From contig CM097882.1 of NCBI GenBank assembly GCA_044892505.1, forward strand, positions 309,194,001-309,258,000: a stretch of 64,000 nt of DNA. The letters are read 5' to 3'. Below are positions 10,250 to 22,050 of this stretch, one piece after another. Within the stretch, counting starts at the first letter, position 1. Each line of letters starts with the position of its first letter. The translations under genes were made by a program, and so were the position numbers. A model generated the notes under the pieces. That model was not told the DNA's origin, did no database searches, and worked only from the letters and a program-made list of their open reading frames with translations. The stretch is from Schmidtea nova (lineage: Eukaryota).

Positions 10250-10530
10250 AATAGTCAGATTATGTATATAAAAAATTTGTCATCGGTATTAGCAGGATCC
10301 GGTGAGGCTCCGAGAGATTTCGTAATTGATGTTTCAGTTGCCGAACAGAACACGAATCTTCCGATCATTAGGAACTTCGCTCTACTGATAGTGCTTTGGT
10401 ATTGGATGAAGTTTCTCCTAGGTACCTCGCTAGGTGACTCCACGAAGTATTTTAAAGTGTCAGCCGGGTATTCACAATCGAGGTCGATAGGCTATTCGGG
10501 TACTTCGTGCAACACGATGTTTGGTTTTTG
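10250..10530 (-). pseudogene. Fragment of ORF A, copy-G subtype
   Basis: HEVPE*PIDLDCEYPADTLKYFVESPSE...GRFV aligns with copy G WHGSKPWPIDVDREYPEDLPGYFVESPTD...GRFV. Confidence 0.7.
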
Positions 10531-10593
10531 GCATGTCTAGCATACGACGTTTTTAGTCACTTCCAATGGCTTTGACACCTGCATCACGTTTGT

Positions 10594-11040
10594 CTATGCA
10601 GGTCTTTGAACGGCATCTCTGTAGCTTTTGACAGGTTTCGAATATGCTATAGGTCGAATGGTCTTAACATGGCTTATAGCTTTATTCACTTTCTCAACTT
10701 TTCTAATTGTGCTTTTAGTTTCTTCTGACGTCTTTAGTTCTTGCATTTCTATTTCTTTTTTTACCTTTTTTCTCTCGAGTCCCATTCATGAGCAGACATT
10801 TTAAAATGTCTTCTTCGTTCCACTCATGTCATAATAACCTTTAGGTTAATTTCTCTACTTTTTCGATGAAGCGGTCTGCTGAATCGGATCCTTGTTCATA
10901 ATTTAGAGCTTTCTTTAAGTCTTCGAATAATGATTTTGGCCTCGAAAATGCTGCTCTCAGCTTTTCCTCGAATGTTTTTCCTTCTGCTTTTTCATATTCG
11001 TCATATAATGTGTTTAGGATTTGATCAGTTTGTTCCGCCT
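10594..11040 (-). pseudogene. gag: Gypsy gag fragment related to the gag at 2-1087
   Basis: FEEKLRAAFSRPKSLFEDLKKALNYEQG aligns with KEKLIRAFSKPSTLIEDLQEALNYTKG. The frame is broken. Confidence 0.65.
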
Positions 11041-11386
11041 GACCTTATGTGATATAGTAACTTAGGAAATGACTTTAAATTTTGAGTCAATTTCCTAAGG
11101 AACAACAATAGATCTAAATCGTAAAGAAAACAAAAATTAAAATTAAAAGAAAAATTAAGAAAGAAAAATAAAATGTGTGATACTAAAAATATAAAGACTT
11201 ATGTATTATAAAATTAAATTGACTATTATGAAATTTTTATTTGTTTAAAATCGTGAATGCTTTTTTTGTGATACTTGTAAACTTTTTGAAATTTGATTAA
11301 AAATACAATGGTGTTTAAATAATTACTGTCATTGAAAAGGTTTTCATTAATTTAAAAATCGCTTAAATTCAAACAATAAAATTGAA

Positions 11387-12255
11387 ATGAATCCAGATTT
11401 AATTTAAGTACTTTAAAAAGTTTGTCAGTTATATTCCAACGGTTTTTGAATCATATGATACATCAAGAGTTATCATTTTGCAATTTGCTCTATCTGGTCT
11501 CGATTTGTTAAATCGCATTGATGATCTCTCGCAATCAGATAAAAATGAAATAGTTGACTGGATTTGTGAGCTGCAAATATTAAATTATCAAACTGGCCGT
11601 TTAGAGGGATTTCGAGGTGGATTTTTCCCGAGTAATTGTCATCTCACAAACCAGATTATATGTCTGGTCATGTAACGATGACCTTTTCGTGTTTAGTTTG
11701 TTTGATGATTTTTGGTGATAATCTTAGTCGAGTTGATAAAACTGGCATTTTAAAATGTTTTAAAAATTTGCAAAATTCTGAAGAGGGCTGTTTTTGTGCG
11801 GCTCTTGACTGCCCAGAAGCAAACGTGAGATTTATATTTTCTGCTTTAGCTTCATGTGCAATTATAAACGATTTCAGCACAGTAGATGTTAATGCTGTTG
11901 TGTCGTTTATTTTGAAATGTCAAAATTATGATGGTGGGTTTCGTCAGAGACCTCGTGAAGAAAGTCACGGTGGCTCCACCTATTGTGCAATAGCAAGTTT
12001 AAAGATTCTGTCAAAATTAGATCTTTTGTTCCCTGAAAATTCTAGTAAAAGGAATTTAATGCTTCGGTGGTTAATAAATCGTCAGTACGAAGGACTTCAT
12101 GGAAGACCGCATAAGGACGACGATAGTTGTTATACATTTTGGATAGGAGCCTCATTGAAAATGCTTGGCTATGGACATTTAATAAATTTCCCTTCTTTGT
12201 TTGATTACATTGAGTCTACTTATGAAAATCTGGCCGGTGGATTTTGTAAATTGAA
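11387..12255 (+). pseudogene. PGGT1B: Geranylgeranyltransferase type I beta subunit, C-terminally truncated
   Basis: Motifs [56 protein letters not shown] and GGFCK. There is a +1 frameshift near 11405. A second frame change near 11630 is explained either by a frameshift or by a 23-nt GT-AG intron. The C-terminal repeat region is missing. Confidence 0.85.
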
Positions 12256-12269
12256 GAACTTGGGACATT

Positions 12270-12580
12270 CATTTGGTGATATCTATGAGATCGTTGTGAA
12301 AAATGCCGAAACTCTAGACAATGCTATTGATTATTCCGGATTTAAAACGCTGGAAAGGTCTTATCTCTTAAGAATTGCTGAAAAGGTCGTAGAACGACCA
12401 CAAAACATGTTCATGAGAGCAGCTGTTGGAATATACAAGGATGATAATGAAAGTGCAATTGAGACTTATAACTTAATGTCAGAGAAATGGTTCATACACG
12501 CTTCATCGATACTGTTTATTGCAGAATTGAGATATGGACAACCTTCCAGTTGTTTTCTACTGACAATGAAAGATGACTGC
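12270..12580 (+). pseudogene. RRM1: Ribonucleotide reductase large subunit fragment, fused in frame to PGGT1B
   Basis: [11 protein letters not shown]...[16 protein letters not shown]...[17 protein letters not shown]...[11 protein letters not shown] matches the class Ia RNR R1 segment. It has a short internal deletion and a degraded PTLFNAG motif. Confidence 0.88.
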
Positions 12581-12800
12581 CTTTCTTTTCGTCATATAAT
12601 GGTTTATCCAACAGTGTGGTAACCAGAATCATCTGCATCTTGACAGATATTTTCGTAATATTAAAAAACTTTTGACATTCTTTAATGAATTCTTCCAGGT
12701 TATCGTCTCTGTGAAATCTTTCTGGTAACATCCTGTCAATCAATAGGTTTGTTGGCGTGGTCGCCATATTAGCAGCAACGATATCGAATTCATTTTCTGT
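12580..12800 (-). pseudogene. Gypsy-like gag N-terminal fragment
   Basis: LPERFHRDDNLEEFIKECQKFF resembles the N-terminal gag helices of the other gags in this window. It abuts the end of the RRM1 piece. Confidence 0.5.
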
Positions 12801-13529
12801 ATCCATTAAAATTATCAAATTGTCTACAAAATTTATTATATTCAAAAACTACGCTTTTTCGCGTAATTTTCAAACAAAAACTTGAAGGCTATTCTTCTTT
12901 AATTATGATGTTGATTTAAATGCTGACTAATTTTTAAATAATTAATAACATATATTTTAAGCTTAATTTAATTTATTAATTTTAAATGTTTATATAAAAA
13001 TATATGAAATCTGATAATTACAATTTAAATGTTTATTAGCAATTTTAATTTAAACGTGAATTCTACCCTTTCAATAATAATAATAATAATAATATAATAA
13101 TAATAAGGTAACAATCTTAAGCCTTCTCCGCAATGTTTATTTAAATGAAATATTTCGATCTTAAAAAGATCCTTATCACTCCAATACGAAATTCTTTTCA
13201 ATTGACTTTCCACTTCTTACTGGATATTTTCTTTCGACTGAATTCAGGAGAAAGAATTAATAATTAATTTATGTTTGCTACTTCCATATCTATTATCTTT
13301 AGTTAACTCTAAGATGCTTGTCTTTCAGTATCCAACACTGTTACAATTTCAAATCTAATAAACTGCAACATAATTTTTAAATCAGAGTCTGTTAATGTAG
13401 CAAAATGTCAATAAATAATGTAATATAAGAAGGCTAGTCAAGAATATTTATGTAAGAGCAACAAAAAACTTCTGGAAAAATTTTAGACAATTTTATTTAT
13501 TATTTATTTGACTAAATATAATTGACTAG

Positions 13530-14454
13530 AGTTAAGGTGATGAATTGAATCTAATTAAAACAAAAAGTGTTATTGGTTCGTTTTTGGGAAAATTGCTTAT
13601 TTTCAAGCGGAACTTTGAGCAGAAAAATTTAAAAGATTTCCTGAACTTATATTTTTTATCCCCATCAATCAAAGAAAAAGATTTACTTTGCTATCGCCAA
13701 CACCTGGATGTTCTTTATATTGACTTTAAAAAACGATTTGAAGATATTATAACTATGAATATCCCAGATTGGGTATTCGACCTTATTTCATATGATTACA
13801 CTTCAGAGGCATCAGATTTAGAAGTGGAGCTTCTAGAACTCACAACAAATGAGGAACTTAAGTTCAAATTTAAAAAAAGGGTACCAACAATTTTGGCTGC
13901 AAAAACCAGTAGCAATATTATATCCAAGACTTTGGAAAATAGTTCAAAAACTTCTGAAAGCATTTCCTTCCTCTTATTTGGCCGAAAGAGGATTCAGTGT
14001 AGTAACAGCTCTGTTTTCAAAAAAAAGAAGTCGAATACAAATTACTAAAAGTGGAGATTTAAGACTTTTTTAAACAAATTTTGAACCGAATATTGAAAAG
14101 TTATTGAATTGCACTAAGCTCATCCTTCGCATTAAATAATAATTTTTAATTTAGGTCTATTATTTTTATGTTCACATTTAAAGAATTTTCATGTTTAATG
14201 TTCTCTTTTTAATTAAGTTAATTTTTAAAATGTAAAAGTTGATCGGCAAAGTGATAAAGTTGGTTGTTAAAATTTAAAATTTGACTGGTACAGCATTCAA
14301 TTTGGTTATAAAAAATAAAAATTTGCGTGGAAAATCTTGTAAATGAAAAAATATTATATATATATATATATATATTGACAAAAAAGTTTAGGGGCGGTGA
14401 AAAAAATAAATTTCTGAAAGTGGACGGTGGCCTAAAAAAGATTGGGAAACGCTG
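13530..14454 (+). mobile_element. 5'-truncated hAT (Buster/Charlie-type) transposon, transposase C-terminus and right end
   Basis: NLIKTKSVIGSFLGKL...YCQHL-like segment, then KLLKAFPSSYLAERGFSVV and GDLRLF, with a frameshift near 13880. The end ATTGGGAAACGCTG is the reverse complement of a CAGCGTTTCCCAA hAT-type terminus. Confidence 0.8.
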
Positions 14455-15299
14455 GACTAGACCAATATATAATTAATAATAGAACAATATAAACAAAATA
14501 AGTCACTTGGTTACTGATGGGTATTATATCTTATTTTAGTCCTTCGTTCTTTTGCATAATCTTAATTTGTCCACTAAGTACCCGCTTCTAAGTTACGTTG
14601 GAACTGTAACTCAATTTGTGGATGTCTGTAAAAATTGAGCTCCTTTGCCGAAACTGTAATTTTCTTGACTTACAATAGGTAAAACACTATCGTTAGAAGT
14701 TCTGTTGGAGTAGTGGGAGAGTCACCTCCTAGCTTCTATTGTTACTATTTTTCAAATCAGCTCTCTCAATCGTATTAACTCCGATCGTTTCCACTTCTTA
14801 AGTTAAGTTGGTAAAGTGGGTCAGTAGTCAATGACCTGCTTCAGTAGTGAGCTCGTCTCGAATTTTGCATCTGTAGTCACCATTTAATTTACTATATCGT
14901 TAGAAAAAATGTGCGCGTCGTGAGTTGCTTTCTATTATGTAATCTCAACCTTACCATAAATAATATTGTTAAGTTCGTATAGTGGGTTACAAAATAACAC
15001 AGATGTTGGACTCAATACAATGTTGTGTTTATAATATTTATTTACCGATAAATAAATAACTCAAAATGACTTAAAAGGCTTTATTGAATATATTTTGCTC
15101 ATATCCGTTGCTAAGACTGCTGGAACTATTGCTGCTAATTTGACTACTATGCTAGCTGTAAATATATAAATTTCATTCGTAGAATGCTTACATTTTGTAT
15201 TGGATTTACTATTTATTTTACTATTAATTACTGATTTGCTCCACGAGTTGGAACTGCGACTCATGGGTGGTTGACATTTTCGCCTTGAGCCTCCTTCAT

Positions 15300-17500
15300 C
15301 GTGTTGGGCAAAAACTGCAAATTGTTTTAATAAAGCAGTAACCCCATAAGTAGAGAGCGCGCAAGATTCAATTTTAACCCAAACACCCATTAGAAACCGA
15401 AGCGATTAAGTGAAAAACGTCAAAAAGGTGAAGTGGACTCAAGCACATCAACCAGTAGAGAACGCGCTAGCTGTGAATTTGCAAGTCCTTGCACTGAAAC
15501 CTCGAGAAAAATTAAAAGTCGTCAAGAGAAGAACGTTTGAAAGTTAGAATAGGCGGAAAACCCATTAAAAATGCCCATTAAGAACAGCATTGTGTCATAA
15601 AACTTCAGTGCAGAAAAATTAACAAAATTTTAGAAGAAAATTGTGATTTTATCATAAAATTTCACATTAAAGATAAAAAGAACTAATCTTGATCGAAATA
15701 TAGCAAATTAAATCAATTTGAATAAATTTTGATTCAAAAATAAAAATTTTGGATTAAAAATAAATTATTTATGGTTTATTAAAATTATTACATAAAAATA
15801 TTGATTTAATTCGGCGGAAAATTATTAGAATTAATTTAGAAAAATTAAAAAGAACATATTAGAACAATTTGTTTTACTGCATTAGTGAAGGTAACACACA
15901 ATCGGTGGTATATATACCGCCATCAAAATGGCAAGAATCAGAATTTTGAATTGGTGTAAAATCTTGACTGAAAGTTTGAATTTTATTTTGAACCAGAATT
16001 TTCCGGAAGAATTTGTGTAATGTAAGTAACATTTTCTTATTCGGTGCGGGGTCATTGAACATCATGCCCCTTCAATTACCCCGTACCCGGTATTATTTTA
16101 TTTTGATTATTGTTAATCTTATATTATTGTTATTATTTTTATATTATTATCATCAGTTTTATTTATTAAACAAAATATTAAATGAATGTTATTTTTTTTT
16201 ATTATTTGAATTTAACCATTTCAAAATGTCATAAATTACCAGATTGAACCACAATTTATTTTAAATAATATTTATTGTATAAAGATAAAAATAATAATTT
16301 TTTTGTTTGCTTCCATACCCCTTGAAACCTGTTTCTGGCTTTGTGCCGAGTGGGTGGAAGTAGCCTGAGCGAATCGCTGGTTTGATTCGTAATCGATCAG
16401 CCCATATTTCCGACTTCAGGTGATACGCCCAAACATCCATGATCACTTCATCCCAACTGGGGAACAGTGGCTTGGCCAAGGGCAAGGTGTTATATTAATG
16501 ATTTGTAATTTATAGTAGTGTAGTTTATTTGAATTATATTTTTAACATAATGTGCACTTAAAACCTGATACTACATAAAACGCAAATGTCAATTCATCCA
16601 TCAATGTCTTTTCCATTATGTAATTTATCCGTACAAGAATATTCTACTCGTCATTCGCCTTCACTCTCACAACAATTGTCATCTTATCCGAAAACACAAG
16701 TTAAATGGAAGCTAATATTGAAAAGAAAATCGTTCGAAATAATGCTCAAAGCTGATAAAATGATCACGAAACGAAACGAAATATGGAGACAATTATTGAT
16801 TGATTTGAATTAAACCTCATTAATTATCTAAATAATTTTTCTCCAGTGAACCTTGCTTTCGGGAGCCTGAAGTACCATATTACGAAAAATTTATAATGAA
16901 AAAATTATAAATATAGAATTTTTCTTAGAAATTTTTGAATCAAATTGTATCGAATGCATGAGAATTTTAAATCAAAATTAGTATTGGTATATTAAAAATT
17001 TTCATTTTATAAAATTCCCAATTCAAGATTTCGTAGAAAATTTACAATTAATATATTTATCCTTAAATTATAAAAATTCGAATTCAAAAATTTATATTAT
17101 AAAATTGGAAATTTTATTATTATCTGACTCTTAAAAAGAATTATAAATTTAAAATTTGTAAAAATTATTATAAAATTATTGTTATTATTTTAATTTTGAA
17201 AATATTTTATGATTTGTGTATTATTTTATAAAATGCTCCCTAAAATCACCTACAACCCCTATTTGCAAGTCATAACACCCATTCTATTCAATTACATCAT
17301 CCATACTAATACCACATGCAACATTCACTTAAATACAACACACACTACCACATTTCAATCAATAGGATCTTCTATGCTAAATAATACAATAAACAATACA
17401 TCCACTCACCAGCATACGCAACGTGATTTCATCTCACAGTATTCACTAGCATCATACATCCAGACAACCCCCATAAGTAATCATACAATCACATCCATTG
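15300..17500 (-). repeat. Unit H2, inverted copy of the H1 interior; boundaries uncertain
   Basis: Long stretches are reverse complements of H1, e.g. 15860-15930 vs 3645-3720 and 16330-16520 vs 2890-3090. Confidence 0.8.
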
Positions 17501-18479
17501 CTTATCGCCTATTGCAGTAGCATTCTTTCCGACATACAAACACATATATTCACAACAATAGGATATCTATTTCGATATATTACAGTATTATTTCAATGTT
17601 ATATACACACAAGCCCTATGGAGGAGATTTACAACAAAACTATGAACCTAATTGTAAACATAAACTGGTACCTTCAGACATCGTAACTCCCTAATCTATC
17701 CTAGGTAGTATGATCCGCAAACTACATCTACACGAATTACTCCATCTCACCTTCACTTACAGCATAGTACATACATTGATGTGGTTTGTCAATCAATTCT
17801 TAATCATAATTTGTCACCCCCTGAAATTTAAAAATTCTGAGTGAAATCTGGAGCATTGGTTGAGATCGTTGCTGACTTATACTTCATGATCCAGTAAGAG
17901 ATTCGTATTCCATCATTTCCATGCTTTAATTTACACTAATCTATTACATAACATCACAAATCAAACTAGAATTTTTTTTTAAAGAAAACAAAATATATAT
18001 TTTTTACAAAAAACTAAAATTTTATTAGAGATCAGAAATAGGAATCTGCAATGAATTGCATGTTGAATCACCTGTCAATTCGTGGGATAAGTCGGTTCAC
18101 AATGAGAGTTCGAAATCGTCGAGATAGGTTGAAAATTTGAATTTATAGGAGAAATTAAATTCCTCAGATGTCCAGTGGACGAAATTTCCTGACCATTTTC
18201 CAGAGCATGTGAGCCTGGACGGAAAATTTCGCAGAGGCGTCACCATCATAATATTGTCGAGTTGCGATAAATCCACGACGAAACTCCATATTTGAAAATT
18301 AGGGGAAAAAACATTGCGCATCGGCAGTGCCATTCTGAAATGCGTATTTGACGCCGAGATAAATGCTAATGTAAATGAAATTCCTTCCAGTATTATGGCT
18401 TCCTTAGAAAATCGAAAATATTTCTCTAAAATAAGTTTGATTATCATGATATTTCTATAAAATAAGTTTGATTATCATA

Positions 18480-20311
18480 AAAGAGGCATGAGACAAGATT
18501 AAATTACTTACGAAGGAAAAAGCTGGATTTCCCTGTCGATCCTAAAATAGAAGAAAACAAAAATCAATAATTTTATTATAATAATTTAACTTGGTATATT
18601 ATAAATCAACCAATTAAAAGTGGTAAATCTTGAACTTACGTATATATATTTCTTCCTTTACGGCGCTGGTAGTCGTTGATATTGGCCCAAAAATGCTTGA
18701 GGTTAAATTTTCTAATTTACAATTTCGTCTGAAATCTGAAATTAATATAAAAATTCATATTCATAGCTAAATTCATAAGGTTAAATTAATATAACCTTAG
18801 AAAAATCTACACCGTTGCCGTTACTAAGGCATCGGCGAAATTTCAAATATTATAATTATCGGATTTTTGATAAAAATGGAATTAAAATTATAAAGCAAGA
18901 TAGACATTAGGTATAGGGGATAAGAGAATTTTAGTTAAAATTTACTGAGACAAAAATATATAAATTTAAAAGTCTAGAAAATAATAAAGTTTGGTTAAAA
19001 TCGTCAAAAAATCAAATACCCCGAATATATGTGATGATCAAAGATTTTTCGATCCTCGAATTGAGTTGGCGATGGTATACTTGATTATAAGCTTAAAAAT
19101 AAAAAATGAATGAGCGAAAACTTCTGTGTTTCGAGACATGACTGTGTATAATAGACGGTTGTGAAAATAATCAATAAATTTCTATCGGTAAAATTATTTC
19201 ATCTTACTGATTTAAAATGAATATCTATAATTAAATTATGATGCTAAATAATGGCTTAAATGTGTTTTGAATGTGTGATTTTAGATTTTAGATTTCAGAA
19301 ATGAATCTCGAAGAAAAATTTGAGGAGATGCATCGGTTGATTTTGGAAAATGCCCGACATAATCGCCGGGTAGATCAGTGCTTTGCCGAGCTGGAAAAGG
19401 CGAAAACATCAGATTCCGACGCTTTGCAAATTATGACCTCCTGGATGGAGAAATGTCGAGCGCGGTGCAGATATATGGAGTCGACCTGGTCCGACAAGGA
19501 GACCGTCGACAAACTGAAGAAGCAGAACCAGATGCTTCTACAACAGGCTGTGGAAGACGCAATGAGATTGCGCGCATGCCGTGTCACGATGCGAGAGCAG
19601 GAGCTCTTGATCGAAAAATTGAGGGTGGATAGCGGCATTATCACTGCCATCTTGCCGAAATCATCGTTTCCACCCCAAGAATTGTTTCCAGTGAGGGTAG
19701 AAAAAGAGATCCTAACCCCTCCGGTTCCAGTGAAGTTTACGCGGCAGAAACCCAACAAAGGAGTGAGGGCTCGACTAAGACGTCGTCAGGAAGCGCGATT
19801 GCTGGGGCAAATACGCAGAGTCATCAGAAGTGATAGACATAACACTATTGTGATTTCTTGAATTGAACAAATAATATTTTCATCTTGTGAATAATGTTAT
19901 ATTTATTACCTTACTTTGTAGTTTATGTTATTGTTTTTGTTGACATTAAAGTTTTTGTGTTTGAAATATTTATTTGTTTGAATGCGTGAAGGGAATAAAT
20001 TGAATAGAATCAACTGAGGTTCAGTAGTAAATTTTAACTCGATATAACTTATGATTTTTTTTAAATAATGCATAGGAGGGACAAAATGGGCATTAAACCT
20101 TCTATCGGTAGCCCTTGGACCCAGGAGATATTCGGTCAATCATAGTTTCGTATTGACGACGCTCACTGATTGCGAATTCCCACCAATTTGTTGTATTACC
20201 AACGTTACATTGTGACGGGCAACAAGATGGTTATTTCAAAGTTTTGTATGTTGAGTTGTTGATACGAGCCATAGCAACGTCAAGGTCATATTGACGATCA
20301 ACAACCCACCA
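18480..20311 (+). mobile_element. Copy B1, divergent subfamily of the TG...CA family; 5' end not located
   Basis: The 3' end is CAACAACCCACCA (20311), with the family terminal motif in reverse orientation at 20100-20170. It shares upstream and downstream blocks with 42950-44231. Confidence 0.6.
19301..19861 (+). CDS. Divergent ORF B-like protein, 186 aa, intact
   Basis: Helical N-half with YMESTWS (compare YLRKSWF) and a basic patch KPNKGVRARLRRRQ. It occupies the ORF B position just before the terminal motif. Confidence 0.6.
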   Translation: MNLEEKFEEMHRLILENARHNRRVDQCFAELEKAKTSDSDALQIMTSWMEKCRARCRYMESTWSDKETVDKLKKQNQMLLQQAVEDAMRLRACRVTMREQELLIEKLRVDSGIITAILPKSSFPPQELFPVRVEKEILTPPVPVKFTRQKPNKGVRARLRRRQEARLLGQIRRVIRSDRHNTIVIS

Positions 20312-20780
20312 ATCGGACTATTGCGTCTATAGCTACATCCACTCTTGGCATCTTCGATAGAAGACGAGGCAATTTTGGGTTTCCTTTGACTTTATAAATA
20401 CGTGCTGGGTTCATAGAAGGGTTGAGAAAATAATACGTTATGGTACTAGGGAAACCCTATCCATATTCATACATAAATATATACTATTTCATTCGAGCGC
20501 CCCTAACTACTCCCTGTATAGTTATGTTGGAAATGCGCAAGGTGATTGGAAAATGATGGGCAAATGAGCTCCATTTCTGGAACTACTCCCCATTTATTTT
20601 AACGGGTTCCCGCTGCCGTTAGGAGGTTTTACGCTATTTATTTTCTTCAATAATTACGCTTGGTTCTCTTAAATAGATAAACACTATTTTTCAAATGTGA
20701 TTTAATTTACTTATAAATTTCTTAAACAAACAAAACGACAACAAAAACAAAATGACAATGTACGACATAAACAATTTGTT

Positions 20781-21375
20781 TTATTTTACAAAAAATTCGG
20801 GAAAATCTCCGTCGAGCGGAAGGATCTCGGTCAACAAATCCATTTCCGTTAACTCTACCATTTGATCAATTTGCGCCTGTAATTGTTGGTCAAATAACTT
20901 CTTTTGTCTCCGGCGCTTGGAGCTGATTCGTTTTCTTTTCTTAGTGCAGTTGGGGATCGATACTACTTTGATGGCGCTGGTGTTACCACTATGACCGGCT
21001 CTAAACCCTTGACGTCTGTTCCTACGGAACACTTGGGTTTCTTCTCCTTCACCAGTTTTGGTAGGTAATGAGCCGGATTTGGGTTCTGAGTTTAGAGTCG
21101 ATGAATGAGGTTGTTATCGAGTGGAGGCACTTTCGTAGTTCAATTTTGGTGGCCTCCTACTCGACCCGGTATTCATCTGTTGTCCGTTGAGCCCGTTCTG
21201 TGTGAGCCATCTGATCTTTCATTCTCGATGGTGCAAACCAGCTCTTTCGCAAGTATTGTATCTACGCTTCAGCCTTAGACAATTGGGCCTTTGTTTGCCC
21301 GATCTATTTTTCTAAACTCCGTCTGATTCTCCAAGCTTTATCCAGTGCGATCTGGTGATTGGATTCTTGGTTCAT
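20781..21375 (-). pseudogene. Copy C ORF B, with stops and frameshifts
   Basis: WFAPSRMK, EATKIELRKCLHS and KRKRISSKRRRQKKLF are recognisable. TAG occurs where copy A has Gln and Trp. Confidence 0.8.
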
Positions 21376-21548
21376 ACTATATAAAAGAAAATGTATTCTG
21401 ATAAATTGGATAGCTACTGTAGTTTCTATTATATGTTAGAGAAAATGTATTTTACCTTAAATAAATACGACTCAAATAACAGGACAAAATTTAAATTAGA
21501 ACAACAATTTATTTGATTTAATTCTATCACACAATTAACACTATAAAT

Positions 21549-22050
21549 TCATCTACCCTTCCCGAATACATGAGCGACGTGGAGGCCTTGGTTTATAGAG
21601 ACTCGTCGAATCTCTGCCAAAGAGCAATCGGACAAACTCTTCTCATGCCCTTTCCCGAGAGGACGTGGAGATGTGAAGAGGTTGAGTCCCAAACCGGCGA
21701 GTTCGCCCTGAGGGATATGCTCCCAATAAATCTTCTTCTGATCTGGACCATTTATAATAATTATCAAGCGTCCGAACTTCGGAGAATTGCAGTTGTTGGC
21801 CGCGATTGGCCATCCAGGACCTCCTCGGTATAGTATCCGGTCCCTGTCGGTTTTACAAGTGAAAAATGGGCATTTCCCCCCATTTTTCCTTCCACTTGAT
21901 CATCTGCGCATTGATTGTCCTCATGATCGGGGGTGGCAGGCCTTTTAACTGCCGATTGGCTCTTGTTATTGAATTGTAGACGGGCTTTGATAACCCTCTC
22001 TGTGATTTCACAAATTTTTCTACGGATGTTAGCTCCATCTGTTTTAACAT
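21549..22050 (-). pseudogene. Copy C ORF A, one frameshift in a G6 run near 21878
   Basis: Removing one G restores KWKEKWGKCPFF...ILYRGGPGWP...KKIYWEHIP. Confidence 0.8.

Noticed and set aside
13525-13532. GACTAGAG as a TSD matching GACTAGAC after the Buster-type right end
   Set aside because: No left TIR follows, and the sequence lies within or next to decayed transposase codons, so it is probably chance.
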